From a virus, in IMG/VR virus record IMGVR_UViG_3300020442_000015, positions 35,496 to 99,495 of that record: DNA of 64,000 nt; one strand, given 5' to 3'. Every line of letters starts with the position of its first letter. Positions within the stretch are counted from its first letter, which is position 1. Positions 36,901 to 51,900 of this stretch are shown piece after piece. The notes beneath the pieces were generated by a model, which saw only the letters and a list, made by a program, of their open reading frames with translations, searched no databases and was not told where the DNA came from. The position numbers and the translations under genes were made by a program.

Positions 36901-39900
36901 CATCCCGTTTGAGCAATACGGTATTTGAATATAATATTCCACAACCAGCACCTAATGCTCCCCAAGGTAATATCCTTCTTTCAGTTGACCTGAACAAAGG
37001 TAAGTCCTCAGAAAGCGGTATCAACATTGCTATTAAGGACTTTACCACTAACGTCCAGAACACTTTCTTCAATGAGCAGTATTCATATATTGCTTCATCT
37101 GGTATTCCCAACTATGAGGTTGGTCCTTTCCTTGGATCTGCACTGCTTCCTGGTAACCAGCGCAAACTGATTCGTATTCCTCGCGTTATTAACACAGTTT
37201 CTAAGCGTGAAGATGTCAAGTTTGGTCCTGTTGGTGCTTGGGTTAACGGCGTTTCCGCTTGGTCCTATAAATCCAATAGCAAGATTAAGTTCGGTGGTGT
37301 GACGAGTATCACCATCGATAATCCTGGTAAGGGTTATGACGCAGCATCTCCACCAGTCATTGAAGTCAATGGTGGCGGTGGATCTGGTGGTGCGGCAACT
37401 GTTGTCGTCAATGGATCTCTTTATGAAATCGAAGTTACTTCTGGCGGTACTGGTTACACTAGCAGCCCTCTTGTTTCTATCGTGGGTGGTGGTGGATTCG
37501 GCGCTACTGCTACCGCTGTTATTACCAATGGTGTAGTTAGTAGAATTCTGGTCGAATCGCCAGGTCAAGGATATACATCACAACCCACCGTTTCTGTTTC
37601 TGGTGGGGGTGGAACAGGTTGTACTGCAACGGCATCAGTTCGTGGTCCGATTCAATCCGTATCTGTTACCAACTCTGGTAGCTCGTACACACTATCTCCT
37701 GAAATTAAACTGAATTCGGGTGAAGGTGCTGTTGCACAACCAATTATTATCAATGGTCGTATCGTTTCTATCGCTATCATTGCTGCTGGTAGAGGATACA
37801 CCACTGCACCTGAAGTTGTTATCAATGGTGATGGTTATGGTGCTGTTGCTAGAGCAACTATTGGTACTATTGGTGAGGATAGAGGAAAGGTCATTGGCGT
37901 TACTGTTGTAAACAGAGGTATTGGTTATTCCACTGGAATGACTACCATTCGCCTTGAAGCTATTGGTGAGCAAGCACAATTCTCTGCAAATGTCTTTGAG
38001 TGGACTCGTAACCTTCAAGATGAACTCTCTCTGAACTTTGATGCAGCGCGTGGTTACGTGTTTGCTGGATACAACACCCAATATGGTGGCGAATATGCAC
38101 ACGTCTCCGATCCTAAGCAACTAAGATACGTTCTTGGAGACAACGTGTTCAGAAACCAGTCAACTGGTCAACTCCAAGAACTGTCTACTGGTTATGTTCA
38201 CTCTCCGATTCTGGGATGGGCATTTGATGGTAACCCGATCTACGGTCCCTACGGTTATATCGATGCTACCGACCAGTCTTCTGGTATTAGAAGAATCCGT
38301 TCTTCTTACAAGGTTAAGGATGCATTGATATATGATGCTGCAACAAATCCGAACCCTGTGCGTGCGGATGGTCCACTTCTCACTGATTATCCTGCGGGTT
38401 CATTCATTGATGACTTTGAATATGTCTTCCAAGAAGGCGATCTAGATCAATATAACGGTCGTTTCTGTAAAACACCACAGTTCCCCGAAGGTGTGTATGC
38501 ATACTTTGTTTCTATTGATGCATCTGACTTCGGTAATCCAGTTTTCCCGTATGTTTGCGGTCCTCAACTGTATTCTTCTCCCGATCAGTGGAACTACTCT
38601 CAGAATGCTGTTCAGACTAATATCCCAGCAGATGTGGTTCGCTTCCGTGATCCATATGAGGATGTTGATATTGATATTGACCGTCAACCCAACCAAGACA
38701 CCGATACTCTTGTTACGGAAGAAGGTCTTGCTCTAATCTTTGAAATCGAAGATATTAACAGAAACGGTATCATTGATGGTGATGAATCTACCGCAACAAT
38801 CAATATTGCTGAAGAACCTGTCCTGCAACTCTTCGATTACTATCCTAGAGTTTCGGTTAGATCTGAAGTTGACATCGATATTGAGACAACTACTAAATTT
38901 GAGGATGCTCAAGTTGACGGATTCGTCATTGAGAACCCTGGTATCTCCTATAAAGTCAGTGACAAACTGTACTTTGATAATGAAGGCACTGAAGGTTTCG
39001 GTGCATCTGCAAAAGTTGACGCTGTTAAGGGTCTGACAATTTCTGGTTACTCCAGTTATATGGCAAATGATACTCCTTATGGACGTATCACCACTCCTGA
39101 TGAGCACGAATTGCGTGTTGGCGACGAAGTTATCGTCCAAAGTACACCTATTATTGATGACACCAACAAAACCTTTAAGGTTAAGGTCATCTCTGGTGTT
39201 GAAACTGTTACTGTTACTCAAGCTGGTTCTGGTTACTCTGAGGAACTGCCTCCCACATACGAGGTTATCTCTTCCACTGGTCAAGACTTTAGAATTGACA
39301 TCCCAAGAACAGAAGCAGGTGCTGTTAACACTGTTAATATTATTAACTCTGGTTCTGGATACGATAAGGATGAACCCCCTCAAATTCGTGTCTCTCACCC
39401 ACAGAGATTTAAGAAAGCGACTTACTTCCTGTCCTTCTTGAAGGAAAATGCATCTACAACTACTATCACTGACATTAAAGTTGCAGATGACAGAACAATC
39501 TATGTTTGCGGTAAAACTGTAAAGTCTGACGGTGACACAGCTGGTCTCCTCGCTAAGTTCAATAGTGATGGTCGTCTTCTCTGGCAGCGTACATTGTTCC
39601 CAACTGTTCCTGCATCAGGAACCAAGAGTTTGGAATGGAAAGCACTGTATGTTGAAAACAGCAATCCCCACAACATCTATGTTGTTGGTGAGACTGTTCC
39701 TAACAGTGTTAACCTCACACACAATCCTGACGTTGTTGTTGCTAAGTATAGATCTGGTTTCGATAACGCTAACAACCCTGATGGTATTATCCAGTGGCAG
39801 CGTGATATTGCTGGTATCTCTGGTGCTACCAGACGTGACTATGCAGCATCTATCGCTCTAGATCAAGACGGCAGAGTGATGATTGGTGGTTACACCGATG

Positions 39901-42900
39901 CAAACTCCCTTGCTCCCGACGATATGTGGGTAGCACTGCTGGATATTGACGGCACCATTATGGAGAAGCGTAAGATCGCTTCTGAAAGTGGTAGTGAGCA
40001 TCTGGTTGATCTCCAATGGAAATCCACCGATACCTTTATGTTCATCGGTATTTCTGATCCTGCTGGTGCAAGTGATATTATTCTTGGTGAAACTTACTAC
40101 GATACTGCAACTGTTGAACTGCAGTGGGCAAAGAAAATTGAGAGTGGCGCATATAAGTTTATGCACCCCACCTTCACCATTGATGAATATGGTGCTGTAT
40201 ATGTCGCAGCAACTGCTGTGAATGCTCAGGACAAGAATTATGGTGTGTTGTACGTCAAGTTTGATAATAATGACTACACTACACCTGTTGAGCATAAGAT
40301 TTATGTTCCTACTGGAACCTATGATGGATGCCACAATGCTGGTATTAAGTTCGACGTGTTTGGTAACATTGACCTTGGAGTCTCTGTCACTAAGGCATTT
40401 AATGATGTTCAGTCCACAACTCTGAAGATTTCTTGGAATAGTGGCAACATTATCAGTGCTTCCTCTGCAAGTGAGAGTAGTGGTATTGGTTATCACGCTG
40501 TTGACTTGTCAAGTGATAACTCTGGCGACACAGTTGTTATTGGTAATAAGGTTGAAGCAGATCAACTTGCAATCTTCAACTGGAACACTGCCGATAATCT
40601 GCTTGATGAAACTTACAATGACACTCTGAAAACTGGTACGAACAAGGCTTGGTATGATACGAACTATGCAACTATCGATACTGCTAAAAAGCAAGATGGT
40701 GCATCTTCTGTTCAGATCATAGACCCCAACTCACTTGTTCTCCAATATGGTTCTGATGTAGCAACTGAGTGGGCAACTGAAGCGTATTTCGCAATGCCTG
40801 CAGCTAGCTACACTGCAAATAACACTGACCCCGAGTTCTTCTCTGTTTCTGATGCTCTGAACAACACTGTTAGGTGTGGTCTTATTGCTGATCAATCCGA
40901 TGCCAACAATGGTAAGGTGTTTATTGCTATTGGAGGATCTTCATCATATTCTGCTGCAGCAACTTATCGTGCAGCGTTCAATGCCGAAAGTTTCGTTCAC
41001 GTTGCATTCACTAAGGAGCGTCCTGGTGTTGGTAACTATCGTTATCGTGTTTTCATTAACGGTGTACTTGCTCTCGAAACTCTGAGCACAACTGTTGATG
41101 TCAATCTTAAGGATGTAACCCTCGGACCTGTATCCACACCGAGTACCAATAATAGCTGGATAGGATGGGTTGATAACTTTGTTGTCTCTCCAGTATTCAA
41201 ATACAACGATGCATTCACTCCTGCAGTTGTTGCTGGTACAAGCAGCCCGACTCAAGCATTCCTCTACAAGATTGATAAGGACAAGACGAAACTTGGCACC
41301 TTCAACCTTGACGATGTTGAGACAGGTCACACTCTTGTAACCGCCGCTGAGAGTGGTTATACGTTTAATACCCAACCTGTCACTGTTAATCCCTGGATTA
41401 TTGGTCCTGCAGGTATTCAGATTCTTGATTATTCTGACGTAACCTCTACTCACGTTCCTGGTATCTACACATTTACAGATTCCTCAGAGAAGTTTAGTGA
41501 GAGAACTGCAACCATTCCTACACAAGGTGGTACGAAGCTTCTGCTTTCTGCAACTGTTATTCCCAAGTTCTACTTGCGTGATGCAACATATAACAGTATT
41601 GACCTTGTTAAGACCCTTACATTCAATCAACCCGCAACTTTCACTAAAGGTTCCATCCTCCAACAGTATTCTGTAATTGGTGGAAGCGATGTTGTTTCTG
41701 CATATGGAACAATCGTTGAAGCTGGAACAAACTATGCAAAGATCGGTAAGATTATTGGTAACTTTGACACCACAAAACTCCTGAAGTCAACGGCAGGTGA
41801 CATCAATACTCTTGATCGTAACTTCACTGTTGAAACTACAACACCTCAATGGGTTGAGAACTTCTCATATACTGTTGGTGATGTTGTTTACAATGCTGGT
41901 AAGATTTACACTGCAACTTCTACAGGCGTTTCTGGTCCTTTGGCACCAGAGCACACCACTGGTATTGTGACCGATGGTGCTGTCAACTGGTCTTTCACCA
42001 GTGTTTCTGGCAGTTTCGACGTTGATCTGGCAAATACTGTTTACAATGGCAGCACTCTGGGAGCGTTTACTTCGTGGAGAGCATTTGCTGCAGAAGATTA
42101 TACTATTAAGATTGAAGAAATCTATGGCGATTCCTCCTTTATTAAGGGTGATACCATTGATGCGGATGCAGTCAACCTACAATTTACCGTTGATGCAACT
42201 GGTAAGATTGCTACATTTGCTGGATTGATTGGTGTTAAGAAGTTCTCTTTGATTGCTACACTTGACAAAGACGTTATTCCTGCTTCTGGTCTTGCAAATA
42301 CCGATCTGGTGTACTGCTCCGCCAACAGTAGACATAACTTTGAGGCAAATGAAATCATCTTTACAGAGAGATTTGCCACTAATGACTACAACGGATCCTT
42401 CTTTGTTGAAGAAGTCTTTAGTTCTAGAGAGTTTACATTCCGTTTGAGAGGAACTGCTGTTCAGGATCCCACATTCTCAGGCACAGGTTCTTCTGTTTCC
42501 AACGTTAATATCTACGCTAAGCACCCCAAACTGCTGTTTGTTCGCTATCACCAGTACATTTTTGACCTGGATGATCCATCAAACCTCGGTTATTACCTGT
42601 CTTTCTCTAAGGATAACCAGTACAAACTGGAATATCCGTTCATTAACATCATTAGAGAGGGTACACCTGGTCTGACTGACGACGATTCACCCACTCCGTT
42701 GGTTAAATTCATCGTTACAGACTCCGTTACCAATATTTCATACTATTTTGATCCATCTAGAACTGGAGCAGACTCTCCTGTTGGTGAAGGATCCTTTATT
42801 GACGTTATTCAGAGTCCTTATTCTGGTAGATTTAGAGTTTCTGCAACTGGAACTCAAGGAACTACCTTCGATTTCCCACTTCTCGTTGAACCTGAGAAGA

Positions 42901-45900
42901 CTATCGCTCCCGTTGGTAATAATGAGTTCGGTAATGCTCGTTCTTCTTACTCTACAACCTCTCCAAAAGCGATTGGACCTATTGCAAGCATCAAACTTGT
43001 CAACCCAGGTGGTTTCTATCAGAAACTTCCCATCGTTACGGACATTGCATCGAACAGAGAAATTGAAAAAGTTCGTATTCTCAACGGTGGTACTGAGTAT
43101 GTGAACGGTATTTACTACAATGTACCTATTACTGGTGACGGTGAAGGTGCAAGTTGCAATATTACAGTTCAGGATGATGGAGATTTCACTGGTGTTATCA
43201 CCGATGTCACTCTTACATCCGCTGGTAAAGGATATAAAACTGCATCTATCGACGTTGATGCTATCCCTGGCATTCTTGGACCTCTTCTTGCAGGTTCTGG
43301 TGCACAACTTCAAGTTGTGATTCCTGATGAAGGTTCGGGTGCATCGGTGTTCCTGCAAGGTAAGAGCATCGGTAAGATCAAGAAACTGAAGAACAACGAA
43401 TTTGGTTTCGGATATTCTCACGATTACACTCTGAGACCCGAAATTACTTTCCCCGTCAACCTTCAACTGTTTAATACCGCTATTCTGTCGGAGATCAAGA
43501 TCACCGATCCTGGTTCTGGTTATACCTCGGTTCCTGCTGTTGTTATCAGTGGTGGCGGTGGATCTGGTGCAGAAGCAGAAGCAATCGTCAAGAACAACAG
43601 ACTTTCTGAAGTTATCATCAAGAACCCTGGTTCTGGTTACTCTTCTGAACCGACTGTTACCCTGAAGTCTGAATTTAACTACGTTGTCAACGTTGACTTG
43701 GGTTATTTACAGTTCAACTTCCCGCACGGCATCACAACTGGTGCAGAAGTTCAGTTGAGAGCAGAAGATCTTGGTTCTACAGTTGGTGTTCTGCCGAAAC
43801 CGAGTTCTGCAGGTTTGGTTAGCTTGAGCCCAAATCAGATCTACTACGCAATCGCTGGTGAGCAAAACTCCTTGGAATCTGACCAACTTCGTATTGCACT
43901 GACCAAACTTGACGCAGAATCTGGTTCTTTCATCACATTCTTGACTCAAGGTGATGGTCGTCAGGTTCTGTTGACCGAAGTGTTTGGTGGTCAAGCGACT
44001 GCAATCGTTGAAACCTCCAGATTCCTTGAAGGTGAACTTGTTTATCAGGGTTCTTCGCTGGAACTCGCATCTGCAACTGGTTATGTTTCTACTAACGAAG
44101 GTTGGCAGATCGGTCCTCGTATCCTGAAACTTGAAAACTATGATGGTATCTGGAAAGAAGGTGAGCGTGTAACTGGTCAGGTGTCTCGTGCATCTGGTTT
44201 GGTTGACAACCTGTCTATTGCTCGCGGTACTCTGAACATTGCATCTCTGACTAATACACCTGGTCAGTTTATCGATGACGTGGGTAAACCCTCCGAAATC
44301 GTTCAGAAGATCCAAGATTCCTATTTCTATCAGAACTTCTCTTACGTTATTAAGTCTCAGACACCTATTAACGACTGGAGAAAGTCTGTTCTGGAAACAA
44401 ACCACCCTGTTGGTTTCAACCTCTTCGGTGAACTAGCAATCACAGGTGGTAAGGATATTTCGGGTCGTAAAGTTATTTCCGACTTGATCAAGGAAGTTAA
44501 TATCAACTCCTTCACTAATATCAATGAAATTACATCATTTGCTAACGCACAACCGATTTACACCCAGTTTAATAATACTGAGGTGCTCTTCAGACAGAAG
44601 AGACTTACTAACTCTGAGGAAATTCTAACCTCTATCGTTAAGAAGATCGATGATGTTTCTGATCAATTCAATGGTATTAAAACCCAGTTCCCACTGAATG
44701 TTGAGGGCGAATCTATCACAGCAACTGAAACTCAGATGTTTGTGTTGATTAACGGTGTTGCACAGGCACCTCAAGAAGCATTCTCTACTGCTGGTCCTTC
44801 CATCGTCTTCTCTGAAGCACCTAAGGCACCTTCTAGAATTAAATTCCGTGAAATTCAATACTCCCAAATTACTCTGACTCGTTTGACGTTCAGTAACATT
44901 GGTGGTATCTTCCCGCTGACTGGTAATACTGTTAGAGGTATTGTTTCTGAGGCAACTGCAACTGTTATTGATTCTGGTGTTGACTATATCGATGTTTTCG
45001 ATGTTGAAGGTACATTCCAGACCAACGAACAAATTCTTAGCAGTGCAACTGGATTCAACTCCACTCTTGCAACTGTAAACCCTGTTACTTCTAAGACGAT
45101 CTTTGAGCAAGGTGAAAGAATCACCAACCTCAAGGGCGACTTTGCAATTATTGAAGAAAATAACTTGCAGGGTGGTGTTATTGGTAACGAACTGGTCGTT
45201 TCTCGTACTTCTGGTACTGATAAGTTTGAGACTGGTGAATTTAACATCAAGTTTAACGATGTTATCTACTCTTCTAGATCCAAAATTGCTGCTACTGTTA
45301 CTGTTATCGCTCCGTATAGCGATGACACCAGTAATCAAATTATTGACCAGGTTGATCTGTCTCCCTCGTCTTCGTTCTTTGCTCTTGTTTTCCAGAGAGT
45401 TCCTTCAACAACATTCCCGAACGTCATTCTTGACGACATCGGTGCAACTGTTATTAACCCAACAGAACTCAATGACCTTGAGTCACCCAATAACCAAGAT
45501 TTCCTTGACTTCGAGTCTGTCCGTAACCAAGAAATTCGTTACGATCAACTGACTGGTACCGATTTCGCACCTGGAACCAACATCAGATTGAAGAAGATCT
45601 ACTTCGGCAACTCTTCTCTTAGACAGGTTACTGATACTCGTGCTAAGAATGCATCTGACGCATTGGTGAAGAATGCACGCTTTATTGCTGAAGAAGCCGT
45701 GGGTGATATGTTGAATTTCTACCCCTCCTTTAGCATCAATACTGTTGGTGGTAATCAGGATTGTATGGATGACATCGTTGATGTTATCAACGCAGCTGCT
45801 TGGCAACTTGAGTTTGATGGCAACTCTGAGATCTGGGACATTGCTAACACATATGTCCAGAACCAGGCAATCTACCATCTTGACGGTGCAGTTCCTCAAA

Positions 45901-48900
45901 CCATCTATGCAATGAACGCAGCAAGAGATCTTGCTCTGAAGTGCATCAGAATGGAGAATATTGATACTGAGTATACAACTCTGTCTCAGTGGAAGGATCT
46001 GACCCTGACTCCTGAATACGAAGTTGTTAGCAACAGTCACGCTGACGCTCGTACACTGATCCTTGCTAACAAGTGGTATATCGCACACGAATCACTGCAC
46101 TACGCTAAGACGCAGAATCCATCTCTGGTAGTTCCTGGTGGAGATGTCAACTGCTTGTCTGACATCGTGGATATGGTTGAATCGATGGCATACAACTTGG
46201 CACACGGTGGTAACGACTTTGTTTACGATGCAACTCGTTACTATATGGCAGGTGCACACGTTGCTGGATATGAAGATGACACCGTAAATGCCTTCACTAA
46301 GGCAAAGGCGATGGCAATCAGCATTATGAGAAACGAAGCTGTTGTTAAGCAAGGTTCCCACGGTTGGAACCAAGTGACTGACACTTCTATTACTGCCGAT
46401 CCTGCTAACCCGACTTGTCAAGCAGTTGCTGCTGCAATCACAACTCTGATGGATATTCCCATCAATGCTCTGGGTACTAACGCATCTCCTGGAACTTTAG
46501 CAGCATTTGAGGCAGCATATACTAAGACTGCACCTCAAGCAAACTATGCTGATGGTAGAACATCTATCGGTAGCAGCACTGCTTGCGTGAGTCAGACATC
46601 TGCCGTTACTAACTTTATTAAGATCATCACAGATTCTCTGCAAGATCCTACAGGTGCAGATCCTGCAACCTATCAGTGGTCTATCAGTAATGTTACTCGT
46701 GTTGAACCCCCATATGCGTTTGAAGATAACGAAACTATTCGTTCTATCAAGCACAACTATAGTAATAAGTCTTCTGGTGGATTCTTCAACTTCGGTGACA
46801 CGATGAAGGGTATCACCTCTGGTGCTACCGCCGAAATTATCGGTACAAATGCTGGTAACAAGTGGATCTACACCAAGGGCGTTACTGGTGCGTTCTCTGG
46901 AAATGAGTACATCACCAACTCCAAGATTACCTATGCAAATGTCTCCGTAGACAACATTACATTTGGTGTTGGACCTGGATCTCTTGATTTCAGTGGATCT
47001 GGTAGCAAAATTGATATGATTGCTGACCAAAGAGTCAATTTTGGTACTGCTGACTTCACTATCGAAGCTTGGATTCGCCCTGACAGCGTAACTGGTGTTC
47101 AGAGAATTATCGACGCTCGTTCTACATCTTCAAGCGTTGCGCCAACACTCTTTATGAGTGGAACCTCTCTCCGTTATGGTACTGGTGCTGGTGACCATAT
47201 CACTGCTACTGGTGCCATCACAACCATCGATACCTGGTATCACATCGCTGTTTCCCGTGCATCGAACGTTACTAAGATGTTCGTGAACGGTACGCAAGTC
47301 GGTTCTGATTATACTGACAATAACGACTATGGCGATACAGCGTTCAAGGTTGGTGCTGCTTGGAACAATGGTGAAACCTATGACGGACATCTGGACCAAA
47401 TGGTCATCAGAAAATCCGCTGCATATTCTTCTACTTTTACTCCCCCCACCGTATACACTACAATATACGAAGGTCTTGATGTCACATTCGGTCTTAACGG
47501 TAGTCAACCGTTCCCGATGGAAACTACTGCAATCTACGCGACTTATGGTCAGACCATAATCTCTTCTGCAACTGCTGACGGTGTTGAACTGTGGCGTAGT
47601 GAGATTATGACTGAGGAAGTTGATGTTTCTCGCGATGATTATCGTGAATGTGCTGACATCATTGATAAGAACCGCTTCTGGATTGCAGAAGAAGCAGTTG
47701 GTCGTATGAAGGCAAAGTATCCTGACTTTGTTATTCCTGGAGACGTTGGTCTCGCTACTACAGGTACCGACAAGTGTCTCCGTGATACTCACTCCTTTAT
47801 CATCCCCGCAATCATTAACGATCTTCGTTATGGTGGCAACTTCAACACTATCGTTGCAGGTCGTGGATACCTGGAAGGATCTGGTGCTCTGAAGCACGTG
47901 AACGGTGAACTTCTCCAGTCCATCTATACCTGGCGTGAAGTTGGTAAGATCTGTATTGATGTTATCACTGCAAACCAAGATGATCTGACTGGTGAATATA
48001 CCAACAGAATTCGTGTTCCTAACTACTTCTCCTCACCAGCGTCTTCTCAAATTACAACGTTTATTACTGATCTGATTGACAATATGTTGGATGTTATTGC
48101 TCCAACTGGTCACAGATTCCGTGATGGTGCTGACCTTCTCTACTTCAACCGTAAGTCTATTGCTGATGAAGCAGTGGCAATGCTGGAAGAGAAATGGCTT
48201 GTCAACATTGCGTTCTATCAGCAAAGCAAACTCACTATCCCCAACAGAGAGAAGTGCATCCGAGATCTTAGAGATCACATTATCCCTGCTGTTGCTGGTG
48301 ACTTGATTACTGGTGGTAACTCCAATATCCAAGGTATTATCGATTCTTACTTGGATAGTCAAGAAGACATCAACTACATTGAAGGTGAACTTCTTCCTAT
48401 GCTGGATGCATTTGAAGATGTGAAGTTCCTGTGTGGTAAAGCACTGGAAAACCTGTTGGTTGGTCGTAATGAGAACATTGCTAACCTGACTGGAACTAAC
48501 GCTCAAACAATTAACGATTTCTATCAGTATCAGTACACTGATCTCCCCGCATACAGAAAGGTTTACGATGCTGCTGTCAACTACAGTGTTGATGGTGCTG
48601 AAATTACTGAGAGCACTTTCTATCCTCCCGATCCCCACATCTTCTCTGGTACCGATCGTGCACTTGATTCTGCAAACATCCTAGAGGAAAATGCACGTAT
48701 CATCGCTGAGGAAGCGGTTGATCTGGTTATGAAGACCTCTGCGTTTAAGCATACTGGTTTCAAAGTTCCTGGTGGTAAGGTCAACTGTGAAGATGACCTG
48801 GTTGATTACATCAATGCAGTCTGCCACGACCTCAGATTCACAGTAAACGAGAAGTCTTACGACGCATCTGCACTCTATCTGGATACTCAGATGGGTCTGC

Positions 48901-51900
48901 AGCACGTTACCAATCAATCCGCAGAGACTGTTCACGCCTATAAGTTGGCACGTGATATGTCAATTCTCGCGATCCGCAACAAGCTTGGGTTTAATCCCTT
49001 CGAGGAGTCCACTGGAGGCGGTGGTGCTCTTGGAGGAGGCGGTGGCGGTGGCGTCCCTCGCGGTGATTATGATAACAATGCAACTGCAAATGGTTTCTAC
49101 GATTCTGCAAACAGCATTGAAAATAACCTCAGATTCATTGCTACAACTGCAGTTGGACGTGGACTGACTAATTATCCTTCTCTGACTATCCCTGGTGGTT
49201 ACCAGAACTGTGTTGATGACGTTATTGACATCCTGAATGCTCTGATCTTCAACTTGAAGCACGGTGGCAACAACAAGATGTACTACGCAACTGAGTTCTA
49301 CATCAGCAACGCTAACGCAGTTGTTCACGTGCTTTCTCAGGCAACTGAGACTAAGTACATTATGGAACAGGCACGCGATATTGCTATTGAGGTTCTCAGA
49401 AATCAGTCTGTCACAACCAACGGTACAACAGAAGGATCTCAAGCGATTGACAGCACAATCACTACTGACACTGCTAACCCCACTTGCCAAAATGAGGCAG
49501 CAGCAGTTACAACACTGATGGGTATTCCTATCAACCTGTTCACTCAAACTTCTAACCCTCAGGGTTACCTGAATGGTGTAACGAGAACACTTCCTGATGA
49601 GTGGCCACTTACTGGTGAGCGTGCACTCAGACGTGACATCGACATTACCTATGATATGGCAGGTAACGGTGACTGTGCTCTGGTTTCTGCTTCTATTGAC
49701 ACCCTGTTCTCGTATGTGATCAACGTCGTTAATACTGCTGCAGCAGGTAGCGGTAACTGGTTGACAAATAGTGGTCTCGTTAGAACCACCAAGGCAACTG
49801 GCAACACTCTGAATAATGGTGGTGGTCTTTGCTACAACGTTAGATCTGCTTCCAATGTCCTCTTCGATCTTCTTGAGGATACTCTGGGTAGAGCAGGTGA
49901 GATGTATCGTCAGGCAGCACGTCTGCTTATTATCAATGATAACTACATCAACCGTGAGGCATACTACAAGACTACTCAGCAGTACAGTGGTTATGGTGGT
50001 GATGAAGCATATGGTAGTTCTATCCGTAAGGCATTCATCTACGACTTGCTCACCGATGGTAATGCTGCAACCCTGCAACTCGTTAACTCCTGGTTCGATG
50101 CTGAGGGTAACTTTATTGCATTCCCTGGCGTCTTCAGAACTTATCTGATCTATCACGCAACTGCAATTAAAGATTTCTGTAAGCAAATCATTGGTCAGAG
50201 AGCAATTACTCCTGGTACTTACAACCAAGAACCCACGTACACGGATCGCGAACTTCGCCCAACTGTTTACGCTGAGCATAAGATCGATCAACTTGATCAC
50301 TTTATTCAGACCGCTCTGCTGCGCTCTACTCCTCCGACAGTTATCCTTAAGCAGTCCTTCGACGCTGGTGTTGCGGTCAATACCAACGGTTCTATCACTG
50401 CTGCGGGTCATCCGTTTGAAGCATACGATAGAGTCAGTTATCAAGTTCTTGGTAGCAATATTGCCGAACTTACCTTCACGCAATATTATATTCACCCCGA
50501 TACGACTGCAAATACCATCTGGTTGGCAGAATATATCGATGGTCACAAGATTACAAGTCTGACACCTGGAACCGCAGGTCAAATTCATACGTTCGTCTGC
50601 TTACGTGAGAGCGGTATTGACAGAATTACCACCACATATGGTGATCGTGTCATTCCTACTCCTATCACTGGTGGTATTCAACCTGCTGACATCTTCTATG
50701 GCACTTCTTCTGGTGCATATGGTGAGGTCATCCGTATTCAGGACAACCTCGCAGAGGTTATGTACAAGATCAAGCACGCAGAAGTTAATGTTACAACTGA
50801 AACCTTCTTCACTCTTGGTGAGACTGTGGTTGTTCAGGGTGCTACTGGAAACACTTCAACATTGCTTGCTTCTACTGGAGCAACTGGTACGGGTTACGTC
50901 AAACTCATCGTCAATGGCGGTCAATTCCAGCAAGGCGATGTTATTGAGGGAACTACTAGCGGTGCACAAGCATCGATCACAAGTATTCCCGACGATAGAA
51001 TCCTGGTCAACTTCGACAAGGGTGAGTTCATTGCAACTGACATCGTTTACTCCAAAGAAGATTCTGGTAAGGCAAATGCACTAATCGTCCGTAATAATGA
51101 CGGTGCTCTGATCAACAACCAACTTGGTCGCGTTACATTTGACATCGAAACTGTCAAAGGCGAATTCAAGGAGAGAGATGTTATCTACGGTTCTGTTACA
51201 GATCAGATCATTGAAATTGAAGGATTCAACATTCTTCCTGGATTCGGTGAGTATCTGCACTCTACGGAGATCACACGCTTCACGTATGCAAGTTTGACCA
51301 CTGATACTGGTGTTACAGACACATTCCAAGTTGGTGACGTGCTGCAACTCCAAAACGCAGGTCAGTCTGTGGGTCACACCTTCGTGGTTACCGAGCACGA
51401 TACTGATAACAACTACGTTTATCTCGCTAACGAGACGAACAGATACATTGGTATCATTGACGACTTGAGCAATGACCTGACCGCTATTGCAAACAATACT
51501 GCATACCAACTTGCCAAGATTCCTCCTGGTTCTAACTTCCCAAGTGTTTACACCAGCGCGATCTCCAACGTTACAATCACACCGACTTCTGCATATGGTA
51601 AGGTCGCGAAGATTGAACAAGTTGGTCTTCGCCTGATTATCCACCTGGAAGATAGTAATGGAACATTCCTGAAGAACTCTCAGATTATTGGTGACTTTGG
51701 ATTCCAAGGTGCTTGTGGTGGGGCGAAATACCTACGCGGGCGCGTGAAGAGATTCTTCCGTGGTTTTGATGGTTCTCAACAGAACTTCAAGTTGACCACT
51801 GATAACGGAACTCCTTACTTCCCAGATCCCGCAGGTCATATGATGATCTTCGTGAACGGTATCCTCCAACCTCCTGGCGGTAACAACGCTTACACGGCAT

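Noticed and set aside
48960-50588. 542-aa minus-strand ORF and many similar ORFs inside the giant gene
   Set aside because: Antisense shadows produced by codon bias; no recognisable domains or expression signals.
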